From NCBI GenBank assembly GCA_965267575.1, contig OZ254086.1, forward strand, positions 704,001-768,000: a stretch of DNA of 64,000 bases, given 5' to 3'. Position numbers and translations under genes: made by a program. Shown here piece by piece: positions 37,798-48,000 of the stretch. The stretch is from Calditrichales bacterium (GTDB lineage Bacteria; Calditrichota; Calditrichia; Calditrichales; J004). The notes below the pieces were generated by a model. That model made no database searches. It was given only the letters and a program-made list of their open reading frames with translations, and was not told the origin of the DNA. Position 1 is the first letter of the stretch. Each line of letters opens with the position of its first letter.

Positions 37798-37829
37798 TCC
37801 GGACCTCAAGACGTCGCGACTTCATGACT
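37798..37829. repeat. Degenerate 8-bp periodic repeat, reverse complement of the 15167 family, x4
   Basis: TCCGGACC TCAAGACG TCGCGACT TCATGACT. Confidence 0.65.
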
Positions 37830-37859
37830 ACTTTTGATAACGGGAAAGAGTATAACAAT

Positions 37860-38390
37860 ATGCTTAAACGCTGGAAAAAGCTTAGTTCAAAAATCGCTTT
37901 TCAAAATCCCTGGTGGAGCTACCGCATTGACCAATTTGAAATTCCGGACGGCCACAAGGGAGAATATCACTACACGCACACCAACGGCTCCAGCATGGTG
38001 ATTCCCGTGATGGATGACGGGCGCATTATCCTGGTAAAGCAGTATCGCTATTTATGTGACAGGGAAAGTATAGAGTTTGCTGCGGGCAGCGCTAAGGACG
38101 GCCACAGTTATGAGGAAACCGCCGCACTCGAGCTGGCGGAGGAAACCGGCTACGGCGCCGATACATTTGAATTATGCGGCGAGTTCAATCCCTACAACGG
38201 TGTTACCGATGAGATATGCAAAGTTTTTATTGCCCGCCACCTGCACCCCGCCCCGCGCCAGCATGATGCCACGGAAGAGTTTGAGCTGCTCCGCCACACC
38301 CCTGAAGAGATTGATGATTTAATTTCCGGGAATATCATCTGGGACGGTATGACGATGGCGAGCTGGGTTTTGGCTAAGAAGTTACTGTAA
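37860..38390 (+). CDS. NUDIX hydrolase (ADP-ribose pyrophosphatase-like)
   Basis: 'LVKQYRY', 'EFAAG......YEETAALELAEETG', 'D.TE'. Confidence 0.88.
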   Translation: MLKRWKKLSSKIAFQNPWWSYRIDQFEIPDGHKGEYHYTHTNGSSMVIPVMDDGRIILVKQYRYLCDRESIEFAAGSAKDGHSYEETAALELAEETGYGADTFELCGEFNPYNGVTDEICKVFIARHLHPAPRQHDATEEFELLRHTPEEIDDLISGNIIWDGMTMASWVLAKKLL

Positions 38391-38463
38391 CAGCAAGCCC
38401 CTTGAATGATAACGGAGACGGCTTTCACCGAACTCCGCTACCTGTTCAGGGCTAAGCGACAGC

Positions 38464-39303
38464 TTATTTTATCAACAGCATTTTACGGCTTTGGCTTAAA
38501 CCTTCAACACTTGTTAATCTATAAAAATAGACACCGCTCGGAAGATCAGCGGCATCAAATTTGGCTTCATATTCACCCGCGGGCAGGATGCCGTCAACCA
38601 AAGCCCGCACTTCTCTTCCGGCCATGTCATACACGTTCAACTTTACGTCAGAAGCTTTAGCCAATACAAATCGAATGGTGGTTTGCGGATTAAACGGATT
38701 GGGATAGTTTGCAAAAAGGTGCATGGATGTCGCCGCAACTGGGTACTGCTTTTCAACAGAAACAGGCACGCTATTGGTGAGAATATTATCAATCACATAA
38801 GCCGTATTGGATGAATCATCAAAAACGATATAGGCCACTGGTTCGGGAAATGCGATCGCAACGTGTTCAGGACTTGTACTGGTATACTGATATACCAAAA
38901 CGCTATCACTGTTGTAGGCTTTAACATCAATGTAGTCAATTTCTGAATCAACAGGATTATCAAAAGACAATGATGTAACCGGCTGCGGCGTCAGAGAGGA
39001 ATCACCCGGAACAATAAAAGTAATCTTAAGAGGACCAAACCAATCATAGCTATGAAGAACACGAGTATACACCGCCGGACCATAATCATGGATCACCGGA
39101 TTTTGTCCTGATTCCACGCCACTGAAAAACATACCATGACTTATATACTGATCGGTAATAACCGTGCCCGTACCGTACTCTTCAAATGTGACCGTATCAC
39201 CGGATGAAGAAAAAGCCGATTCAAGTGAAGTCACCGTTTTATCGGGACTCTTACCGGCAAAAACAAGGGCGACCAAAAGAACTATGAATTTAGCAGGCTT
39301 CAT
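38464..39303 (-). CDS. Small secreted protein with T9SS-like C-terminal domain
   Basis: Signal peptide; 'NYPNPFNPQT...FDAADLPSGVYFY...KMLLIK'; GGAGG RBS. Confidence 0.85.
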   Translation of the reverse strand: MKPAKFIVLLVALVFAGKSPDKTVTSLESAFSSSGDTVTFEEYGTGTVITDQYISHGMFFSGVESGQNPVIHDYGPAVYTRVLHSYDWFGPLKITFIVPGDSSLTPQPVTSLSFDNPVDSEIDYIDVKAYNSDSVLVYQYTSTSPEHVAIAFPEPVAYIVFDDSSNTAYVIDNILTNSVPVSVEKQYPVAATSMHLFANYPNPFNPQTTIRFVLAKASDVKLNVYDMAGREVRALVDGILPAGEYEAKFDAADLPSGVYFYRLTSVEGLSQSRKMLLIK

Positions 39304-39439
39304 AATCCCTCCTTAGAGGTTGATGTTTGGTGAGATTTTGAGGTATAGAGAAAGACAGATTTGGGAAAATCTCAAAAATGATTTTCAAAAATATTCAGTG
39401 GCAAGAAAAAGGCAGTGATTATTCCCACTTAGGTTGGTT

Positions 39440-39468
39440 AAAAAAAAGCCCCGGCAAAACCGGGGCTT
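39440..39468 (-). terminator. Intrinsic terminator of the rnf/por operon
   Basis: AAGCCCCGG/CCGGGGCTT stem followed on the minus strand by a U run. Confidence 0.85.
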
Positions 39469-39478
39469 GTTGAGAAAA

Positions 39479-40339
39479 TTAGTAAATCAGCTCCATCCAG
39501 CGTTTGCCGGCCTTGAGTTCGGCTTTACGCCGTTCCCATTTTTCCTGGCCGCCGGCCATTTCGCTGAAAGCGCTGTCTAACATATCGCGCATGGGCTCCA
39601 GTCCGGCAACAAAAACATGTGTATGGGGATCTTCCATCAGGCGCCAGACTTCTTCCTCGCGCTCCCGCAAAGCGTAATCCAACGCGATCGGGTCGGCCCA
39701 GTGCGGGCGCGGACTTAAAGCTTTGAAAGCTTCAAAGGTCTCTTCATCGTAATAATTAGTGAAGTCGTCTTTCTTGTCATTCATGTACAGCAATTCCAGG
39801 CCGGATTTGGCGCCATAAAAAAGGCGTACCTTACCCTTAAAACCGTTCTTCTGGTTGTATATCTTTTTAACCAGCGCACGGAAGGGTGCAATGCCCGTTC
39901 CCATGCCGATGAGCAGCAGGTTCGCCTTGTCATCATCCGGTATTTCAAAGGGCAGCCCAAACGGTCCGGTTATCATGATCTTGTCCCCGGCGGCGCGATT
40001 GCACAGGTAATGGCTGGCCACGCCGTCATAACGTTCGCCACTGTAATCGTCTATGTATGTGCAACGCTTAACAACGATCGTAACCAGCGGGTTTTTGCCG
40101 CTCTTTTTAGGCAGATCGGCTACGCTGTATAAACGGTGGTGGTATTCATTCCCGAATTCATGCGGCCCGGGCACAAGCACCCCAATGCTCTGACCCAGTT
40201 CGTAATCAAAGTCCGGGCGTTGTACTTCCAGCACGATCTCGCGGACCTCTTCATCGCTTGTTTCCGGTGTAATCCGCGTGCTTTTCTTTACAACAGCGCC
40301 AAACCTCTTTTCAACATCATAATCATCTAAACGCGCCAT
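39479..40339 (-). CDS. Plant-type ferredoxin-NADP+ reductase-like protein
   Basis: 'RLYSVA', 'VKR..Y.D..SGE...GVASHYLC', 'TGPFG', 'GTGIAPFR', C-terminal 'ELIY'. Confidence 0.9.
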   Translation of the reverse strand: MARLDDYDVEKRFGAVVKKSTRITPETSDEEVREIVLEVQRPDFDYELGQSIGVLVPGPHEFGNEYHHRLYSVADLPKKSGKNPLVTIVVKRCTYIDDYSGERYDGVASHYLCNRAAGDKIMITGPFGLPFEIPDDDKANLLLIGMGTGIAPFRALVKKIYNQKNGFKGKVRLFYGAKSGLELLYMNDKKDDFTNYYDEETFEAFKALSPRPHWADPIALDYALREREEEVWRLMEDPHTHVFVAGLEPMRDMLDSAFSEMAGGQEKWERRKAELKAGKRWMELIY

Positions 40340-40460
40340 GGTATTCCTCCAACGTAAGTTTTAAAAATTGTATCTTCCAAAAATCTTTTTCTTTCTCATT
40401 ATCTTAATCTATCACCCGGCATCCGCCCCTCGTGAATTCCCGATCGGGTCGGCAATAACA

Positions 40461-40649
40461 TCAGGGCTCTTCCCGCAGGCAGCTTCCGCCGCTGCAGATA
40501 CAGTTGCCACAGCGTGCCTTGCCGGCCAGCACATCGCCTTCGGGGTTGGCATCTTCCGGGAAATGGCGCCGAACCAAAGCCTGAACGCCAAACCACAGGG
40601 CCATTAGACCGACCAGCGCGGCAATCGTTAAAACATATTTTATTATCAT
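40461..40649 (-). CDS. Small single-TM protein with C-terminal CxxCxC-x4-C motif
   Basis: ATGA overlap with the rnfA stop; GGAGG RBS; 'RCGNCICSGGSC'. Confidence 0.7.
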   Translation of the reverse strand: MIIKYVLTIAALVGLMALWFGVQALVRRHFPEDANPEGDVLAGKARCGNCICSGGSCLREEP

Positions 40650-41233
40650 TGCTGACCTCCCAAACCGGCAAAGCCCATAAATGTAAGTGAAAGCACACCC
40701 GCCAGTATCAGCGTAAGGGCCGTGCCTTTAACTACGCTGGGGATATCGGCCAGGTCCAGATTTTCGCGGATGCCTGCCATCAGAATGAGGGCCAGCGTAA
40801 ATCCGGCACCGGCGCCCAGCGCGTAAAAAATGCTCTGTGTAAAATCATATCCTTTGTTTGTCTGGAACAGGGCCAAACCCAGGATCGCACAGTTGGTGGT
40901 AATAAGCGGCAGAAAAATACCGAGCTGGCGGAACAGCGTCGGGCTCATCTTCTTGATAAACATTTCCACAAGCTGCACCGTTGACGCGATTACAACGATA
41001 TAAGAGATCAACTGCAGATAAGGCGCGTCTACCCAGACCAGCAGCGAGTGAATGCCAAAGGCGCTCATCGAAGCGATCAGCATTACGAAGGTGACGGCGC
41101 CGCCCATGCGCGTGGCCGTGGCCAGTTTTCCGGAAACACCGAGAAAAGGACAGATGCCCAGGAAGTAAGCCAGCACAAAATTGTTGATCAGGCTGGCGTT
41201 TATAAAAATGAACCATAAAGAATCGGAATTCAT
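40646..41233 (-). CDS. rnfA: Rnf complex subunit A
   Basis: 'NNFVL..FLGICPFLGVS', 'LGIFLPLITTNCAILG'. Confidence 0.95.
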   Translation of the reverse strand: MNSDSLWFIFINASLINNFVLAYFLGICPFLGVSGKLATATRMGGAVTFVMLIASMSAFGIHSLLVWVDAPYLQLISYIVVIASTVQLVEMFIKKMSPTLFRQLGIFLPLITTNCAILGLALFQTNKGYDFTQSIFYALGAGAGFTLALILMAGIRENLDLADIPSVVKGTALTLILAGVLSLTFMGFAGLGGQQ

Positions 41234-41880
41234 ACAGCCACCTCCTTCTGCTCGGCACTGGGCAAGCTCTTTTTGGCTTTGCGTTGTTTGGCCGCGTTAA
41301 AGACCAGCAACCACAGACCCAGTGTAAAGAATCCGCCACCGGGCAAAATCATTATTACCCACTCCTGGAAAGAATCGGCCATGATCGGTATATCGAACAG
41401 TGTGCCGCTGCCCAAAACCTCACGCACAACACCCAGGCAGAGCAGCGCAAAAGTAAATCCGGCGCCCATACCCAAAGCATCCATAATCGAGTTGCCAAGT
41501 GTGTTTTTGCTGGCAAAGGCTTCGGCGCGTCCAAGGATAAGGCAGTTTACAACGATCAGCGCAATGAAGGCACCCAGGGCCTTGTGGATATCGAGACTGA
41601 TCGCCTGGATAATGAAATCCACCATGGTCACGAACGTCGCGATGATCAGGATGTAGCTGGCGATACGCACCTGCTTGGGGATAAAGTTACGCAGCGATGA
41701 AACCAGGATATTGGACATCAGCATTACGAACGTTGTTGCCAGTCCCATGGAAAGCGCGTTGATAGCCGTGTTGGAAACCGCCAGCACCGGACACATGCCC
41801 AGCACCTGGACAAAAACGGGGTTTTCCCGCCACAGGCCTTTTATAAATTCATCCGTGCTTTGTATAGTTTTTTGCTCCAT
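41230..41880 (-). CDS. rnfE: Rnf complex subunit E
   Basis: 'ENPVFVQVLGMCPVLAV', 'LIVVNCLILGRAEAFA'. Confidence 0.95.
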   Translation of the reverse strand: MEQKTIQSTDEFIKGLWRENPVFVQVLGMCPVLAVSNTAINALSMGLATTFVMLMSNILVSSLRNFIPKQVRIASYILIIATFVTMVDFIIQAISLDIHKALGAFIALIVVNCLILGRAEAFASKNTLGNSIMDALGMGAGFTFALLCLGVVREVLGSGTLFDIPIMADSFQEWVIMILPGGGFFTLGLWLLVFNAAKQRKAKKSLPSAEQKEVAV

Positions 41881-42572
41881 TAGTTTACCTTCGTCTGTTT
41901 AAAGTCGGCAAGGTGGGCGTTCAAAATCGGTAGCCATTTCGAGGTGCTCGAGCTGATAATATTGCCCACCGCCCGTGAAGTAATTGTGGCGCCGGTGATA
42001 GTGTCCACTTGCCAGGGCTCTGTTTTAGTACCGCTTTTTACCGATTCTACGGGATGTAAAAGCGTTTTTCCATCCGCAGCCAGGGAAACATCCAGTGCTT
42101 CAAAATTTTTCAGATATGCTTCATCTTTTTCGATTTTATCACCGAGGCCCGGTGTTTCGCGGCTTTCCAGCACCTGGAAGCCAATAACGGTTTGAGCCAG
42201 GTGGTCGTAGCCGTATAGAATGCGAATTACATCCTGAAAGCCCACGCCCGACGCTTCGATGGCAAAACCAACCAGGTCGCCTGCATCGTTATAGCCGGCA
42301 TATACCAGCGGCAGCTTATCCGTGTTGGGCCCGTTAAGCGGCTCAAAGCCGTTGCCGGTATAACCAAAAGTCTGTTTCGATTGCGCCGTTGGCAGCACGT
42401 TAAATATGGCTTTTTCCAGCGCCTCAGCCTTGTTTACGTTAATCACCGGAAGTGTAAACTGAAAAGTGAAAACAATCAGCAAAGAACACATAATGCCGAT
42501 GCCCACCATGGCCCTGAACATGTGCAGAGGGTTCCAGCTTTCCGCTGCCGGTTTCATCTCTTTATTTTCCAT
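41880..42572 (-). CDS. rnfG: Rnf complex subunit G (FMN-binding)
   Basis: 'ETPGLGDKI'; flavinylation motif 'DTITGATITS'. Confidence 0.93.
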   Translation of the reverse strand: MENKEMKPAAESWNPLHMFRAMVGIGIMCSLLIVFTFQFTLPVINVNKAEALEKAIFNVLPTAQSKQTFGYTGNGFEPLNGPNTDKLPLVYAGYNDAGDLVGFAIEASGVGFQDVIRILYGYDHLAQTVIGFQVLESRETPGLGDKIEKDEAYLKNFEALDVSLAADGKTLLHPVESVKSGTKTEPWQVDTITGATITSRAVGNIISSSTSKWLPILNAHLADFKQTKVN

Positions 42573-43590
42573 TCGTCGATTTCCTTAAAGTGCCATACAC
42601 GCGCGGCCGTATCAGGTTATCGATATGCGGCGAAATGGCGTTGCCCAGCAGGATGGCGTACATCACACCCTCCGGCAGGCCGCCCCAGATGCGGATGGCA
42701 AAAGTTACAGCTCCGATTAAAAACCCGTATAGGATCACGCCGCCGGTGGTCATCGGTGATGCCACCATGTCCGTGGCCATATAAACGGCGCCCAGCATCA
42801 AACCGCCGGAGAACAGCATAAAAACGGCATCGGGATAGCGCCCGGGATCAATGCTGTGGAAGATGGTGCTCAGCAGCGCCACCGTTGCCAGGATCGCCAC
42901 CGGGATGCGCCAGTTCAGAAAATTCCTGGCTGCCAGGTAGAGACCGCCCAGCAGAATGATTACGGCGCTGGTTTCGCCAACCGAACCGCTGGTATAGCCC
43001 ATCACCAGATCAACGGACTGCGCTACCTTGCCCTCAAACTTCATCGCCGAGAGCGGTGTGGCACCGGAGATGGCGTCGTAAACAGGCTCCAGAAACGGAA
43101 GTGTAAACGTTGACGAGGGAATCTCGCTGAAACGGTTAGCGGCGAAAGCGGGCGTCCACGTGGTTAAAGCCACCGGGAAGGCAGCCTGTATAACCGCGCG
43201 ACCCACAAGCGCCGGATTAAAGGCGTTGTAGCCCAACCCGCCAAACAGATATTTTCCCATGGCCACGCCGACAAATCCGCCCACGGCCACCATCCACAGC
43301 GGCAGGGCCGGAGGCAGCGTCAGCCCGAAAAGCAATCCCGTAATAACAACCGACCAGTCGCCGATGGTGCTGCGGCCACCGTGATACTTGCTGAGCAGAT
43401 GCTCGGTAAGGACGCAGGAAATAACCGCCACGCTGAGGTTAAGCAGCGCCGACAGGCCAAAGGCGTAAATAGCCCAGGCTGACACCGGCAAAAGCGCGTA
43501 AACCACATGGCGCATAATCGTATCCGTGGAACTGCCACTGACAATATGCGGCGATGTGTGAATTTCAAAAGTTTTGCTGATCGTTTTCAT
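42562..43590 (-). CDS. rnfD: Rnf complex subunit D
   Basis: 'SPH', 'FGGLGYNAFNPALVGR', 'DAISGATPL', 'GETS', 'MATD'. Confidence 0.95.
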   Translation of the reverse strand: MKTISKTFEIHTSPHIVSGSSTDTIMRHVVYALLPVSAWAIYAFGLSALLNLSVAVISCVLTEHLLSKYHGGRSTIGDWSVVITGLLFGLTLPPALPLWMVAVGGFVGVAMGKYLFGGLGYNAFNPALVGRAVIQAAFPVALTTWTPAFAANRFSEIPSSTFTLPFLEPVYDAISGATPLSAMKFEGKVAQSVDLVMGYTSGSVGETSAVIILLGGLYLAARNFLNWRIPVAILATVALLSTIFHSIDPGRYPDAVFMLFSGGLMLGAVYMATDMVASPMTTGGVILYGFLIGAVTFAIRIWGGLPEGVMYAILLGNAISPHIDNLIRPRVYGTLRKSTNGK

Positions 43591-44939
43591 GAGGCCACCG
43601 CCTTTGCCTGCAGTTCGCGGTATTGTGATTTAGCGATGCGGAAATACTGCACCAGCGGGATATGCGACGGGCAGACGTATGAACACGACCCGCATTCAAA
43701 ACAATCCATTAAATTGTATTCTTCTACCATGCGTGTGTATTCGCGTTTCTTGGCCAGTATGCCCATTTGCGATGGATTGAGAAAAATCGGGCAGGCGTCC
43801 ACGCAGTAGGCGCAGCGGATACAGGGATATTCATCGTTCAGCAATATCTTGCCCGTCTCGCGCTCCGTAAACACCGTTACGCCGGACGTACCCTTTGTGA
43901 TCGGTATATCAAGATTGGATGCAGCCACACCCATCATCGGGCCGCCCATGAACACGCGTGTGATGTCGTCTTCAACACCAACGGTATTGAGTAAAAAGCG
44001 CAGGGGGGTGCCGATCGGTACACGATAATTGCCTTTGCGTTTCACTCCCGGCCCGGCAACTGTTATTACCCGTTCCTGAATGCCCCTGCCGTACGGCAGC
44101 AGGCGTCCGATTTCCGCGGTCGTCGCTACGTTTATACATACCACATGCACGTCTACCGGCAAACCGCCGCTTGGCACCTCGCGGTTCAGCAGCGATTTTA
44201 TCAGCATCTTTTCTGCCCCCTGCGGATATTTCACTTCCACCGTTTCCACCGTTACCGGCAAATCCGGCGGCAGGTGCTTGCGCAAATGTTGGGCAGCATC
44301 TTTTTTGTTTTCTTCGATTCCGATAATGGCCCGTTTGGCCCCGCTCACCTTTAGCACGTAGCGGATACCGTGATAAATATCCTTTTCCTGCTCCAGCATC
44401 ACTCGATGGTCGGTGGTCAGGTAGGGCTCGCATTCCGCGCCATTGATGATCACCGTATCGGCCCATTTGCCTTCCGGCATGGAGAGCTTTACATGCGTGG
44501 GAAATGCCGCGCCGCCAAGCCCGACAATCCCCGCTTCCTGTATGGCCTTAAGGATCTCTTCAGGCGTACCCGTATCCGGATGGACCGGCGTGCCTTCCAT
44601 TACCTCCTGGCCCGATGCCGGAAAGGGCTTGATATAAATACCCTGAACCATTTTGCCGCTGATGCCCGGTACCAACCCGATGCGCTGGACAATGCCGCTG
44701 GCCGGCGCATGCATGGCAACGGACATATAGCCGTCGGCCCTGGCAATAAGCTGGCCGCGCACTACTTCCTGGTCTTCGCGCACAACCGGTATGGCCGGTT
44801 TGCCCAGGTGCTGATGCAGCGGCATAACCATTACCGGCGCAAACTCAAACTGGCGGATAGGCTTATCGCGCGTATCCTCCTTCATTTCCGGCGGATGAAT
44901 ACCGTGATCAAATGTTTTTTTATGATTAAATAGGTTCAT
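43587..44939 (-). CDS. rnfC: Rnf complex subunit C
   Basis: 'GIHP', 'GIVGLGGAAFPTHVK', 'NGAECEPYLTTD', 'YPQGAEK', 'CIRCAYCVDACP', 'CFECGSCSYVCP'. Confidence 0.96.
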   Translation of the reverse strand: MNLFNHKKTFDHGIHPPEMKEDTRDKPIRQFEFAPVMVMPLHQHLGKPAIPVVREDQEVVRGQLIARADGYMSVAMHAPASGIVQRIGLVPGISGKMVQGIYIKPFPASGQEVMEGTPVHPDTGTPEEILKAIQEAGIVGLGGAAFPTHVKLSMPEGKWADTVIINGAECEPYLTTDHRVMLEQEKDIYHGIRYVLKVSGAKRAIIGIEENKKDAAQHLRKHLPPDLPVTVETVEVKYPQGAEKMLIKSLLNREVPSGGLPVDVHVVCINVATTAEIGRLLPYGRGIQERVITVAGPGVKRKGNYRVPIGTPLRFLLNTVGVEDDITRVFMGGPMMGVAASNLDIPITKGTSGVTVFTERETGKILLNDEYPCIRCAYCVDACPIFLNPSQMGILAKKREYTRMVEEYNLMDCFECGSCSYVCPSHIPLVQYFRIAKSQYRELQAKAVAS

Positions 44940-44964
44940 TCCAAATCCGTTTTATGCAATGTAA

Positions 44965-45006
44965 AGGGGTGGCGGGGCGCAGCATTTGGCAGCGCCCCGT
45001 TCCCCT
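44965..45006. promoter_or_regulatory. Strong GC hairpin between por and rnfC (mRNA stabiliser or leaky terminator)
   Basis: AGGGG..CGGGGCGC...GCGCCCCG..CCCCT, with only a short U run after it on the minus strand. Confidence 0.55.
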
Positions 45007-45023
45007 GCTGAAAGCTAACCCGT

Positions 45024-48000
45024 TTACTTGTTGTACTTTTCAGCACGTTTAATCCACTTATCGATATCCTTCTCAGATCTGTCCTTGGGCAGTCCCGGAT
45101 GGATGACCTGTGCCGTGCATTTCTCGGCGGCTTTCACGATATCCTTGTAAGGCCCGGCATTCGGATTTTTGATGAAGGCCTTTTTCTTATCGTTGTAAGC
45201 GAAGATGGCCGAATTGATGTTTATGCATTCGTCACAGGAAGTACACTCCTCCGTATCCAGCCAGGGCGCCATATAGCCGTTGTCGCCCTGCTCGGCGGGA
45301 GCGGCTGCCGATGGTTCCGCTGCTTGCGCTGCCGGAGCTTCCACCAGGCTGGTCAAACCCTGTCCGTTGCCGCCGGCCAGTTGCATCAGGCCGGAAGCAA
45401 TCTTGCTTACCACTTCACTGCGTACTTTGTTTTCGATATCACCAACCGATATCTCTTCTTTTTCCACACCAGCAATGGCTTTCAGCATGATCCAGAAATC
45501 GCGGCGCTCCTCACAGGATTGCACGATTGGCTCGGCCACCAGCAGACGGCTGAGATGCTGCTTTTTATCCATGGTCCAGATGTAGGGGAATTTACCCTCG
45601 CGCTCGTCCGCGTCCATCTCGAGAAATTCGGCCAGCGGCACCATGTTTTCGTTCCAGGTGTCGGCCGGCGCTTTACGGAAGTGCTTGCGGAAACGTGCCT
45701 CGGTCACGGCGAAGTCGGCAAAGGTCATGGCCACATCCAGCTTGCGCTCGCGGCCTCCGTCCTTGTACTTCAGCTCGTAGGTCGGCCAGTCTTTATCCAT
45801 CTGCGGATTGCCTTCCAGATCGAAGCATTCCTGCGGTGTCTTGCCGTTTTCGGGATTGTAACGGAACAGCGGGTAAGCGCGTGATTCCACAGCCAGCTTG
45901 GCTTGCTCTGCACCCATATCATCCCCGATGCCGTGTTCGGGCTGGCACGAGGTGTAAAGGTTGAACAGCGCCGGCCTGCGGGCCATCAATCCTTCAATGA
46001 AGCCTTCGATCATGTGGTTGGGATTGGAGATGGCGCTTTGCATAACATAAGTCGTGCGGTGCGCCATGGCGATCAGGCCGATCTCCTTGCGTGATTCTTC
46101 CTTACCTTTGATCGCTTTACCGTACTGGGCCATATCGGAAATTTGTCCCATAAAGCCCGATGTACAAGCCTGGCCGCCGGTGTTGGAATACACCTGCGTA
46201 TCCACGACGATCACTTTAACCGGCTTGCCCGATGCCATCAGGCGGGACAGGTTCTGGAAGCCGATATCGTACATGGCGCCGTCACCTCCCACAGCAACAA
46301 CAGGCGGGCAGAGCAACCACTCTTCATCCGTAAACTGATGCCAGTTAAAGTAGGTGAAGGACTCATTGTGCAGAGCCGGGTTGTATTTTCCTTCAAGTTC
46401 CATTTCCGCCATGCGGATCGCCTTAAAGCCTTCCGCCATTTTTGCCATGTGGCCTTCGAATACACCCATGGCCATGGACGGGCTGTCCTGGAACAGGTGG
46501 TTGGCCCATGGGAACGGATAGGGGTTAAACGGATAGGTGCTGCCCCAAACCGACGTACAGCCGGTAGCGTTGAGCATACCCATCTTGGCGCGACCCTTGC
46601 CCGTAGTGCCTTCCGTATATTTCCATTTCAGGTTTTTCAGCTTGGCAATCAGTTGCGTAACGCGGCGCAGCCATTCCTGGTCGATCGGCTGCGTGCCCTG
46701 CGATTTTTCCATCTTCTCAGCAATGGCCGCCAGCGTCATATCGCCGGACTGCATATCCGTCAAAACGCGGTTCAGGGCATCGGTATCGCCCACATCCATA
46801 TTCTGTACAAGCTTCATCTGGATGTGTTTTTCCAGCTTAACAATAAGTTCTTCCACTTTTTCCACATGCTTCTTAATGCGCGGTTGCATCAATGCTTCGA
46901 TTGTGGCAATAAACAGGTGAACAACCGTCTTTTCGGAGCAGCCGAGGCAGGCGCCGTCGCCGCTGGCAAAGGAGAGATAATTCTGTTTATCCAGCAAGAT
47001 CGTCTCCAACGCGCCGATGCGTTCTTCCAGGTTATCCACGCGGATAAATTTCTGCGGTGTTGTCGGCAGATCCATCCATAAATCCCACTCATCGCGCAGG
47101 CGCTGAACGGATTCCTCTGTTTGCGGAATAGGACGCAGGGCATCGTCATCGCAAACGGCCACGCATTCCATACAACCTTTACAGGTATAGGGGTTAACCG
47201 TAATGCTCAGCAAGCCGCCGCTGTTCTTCTCCTGCTTTTCCATGTTTGTGTAGTAGGGACGTGAAAGCGCGAAGCGGAAGTCGCCAAGTTCCTGCTGAAA
47301 GAGATCGAACTCTTTTTGCAGTTGCTTGCGCCCGTCGCCTTCCAGACCGCTCTGCTTGATGGTCAGCTCGATGGCTTCATCCATCATGCCGCGCACATTG
47401 TCGGTCTCCGCGGCCTCGGCGAAACTGTTGCGTAAAATGCTTTCCATCTGGCGTACGGCTTTGGGCAGGTGCTCAACCTTGTACCCCGCCTTTTTAACAC
47501 GCTTAACGACTGTTTCCATTACTTCGGACACATCGTTCACCAAACCGGGGATGGCCGTGTCCGGACACACCGTGTAGCAATTGCCACAGGCGGTACAGTT
47601 TTCGGCGATCCACTGGGGATGCTCAAAACGGATACCGGTCATATCGCGGAACAGCGACGTAACGGCCGGCATAACACTCAGCCCGATAAACGGATCCGTG
47701 ATCACATCATTACCCAGCCCGCGCGCGTAGAAGTTGCCGGTCTGCTCCCAGAAGCGATGGATGTCCGTTGCTTTGGCCTGGCTTTGCGGCATGTTCTTAA
47801 CCATCATCGGCAGCGGCGGCTCTTTCAAAGCGGCCTTGCCATTACCGTTTTCAGCGGTTGTTAAAGTCTTTTCTTTGATTTCCTTGATCTCGTCGAAGCC
47901 ACGCTTTACAACCCGCATGTTGTCTTCCACAACGCGCGCGCCCTTGTGACCGAATTTTTTCTGCAGCTGGTCACGGATGGCGGCGATCAGCGCTTCCTCG

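Noticed and set aside
39424-39441. Possible third copy of the AATCACCC operator upstream of the 38464 gene
   Set aside because: Too many mismatches and shifted spacing.
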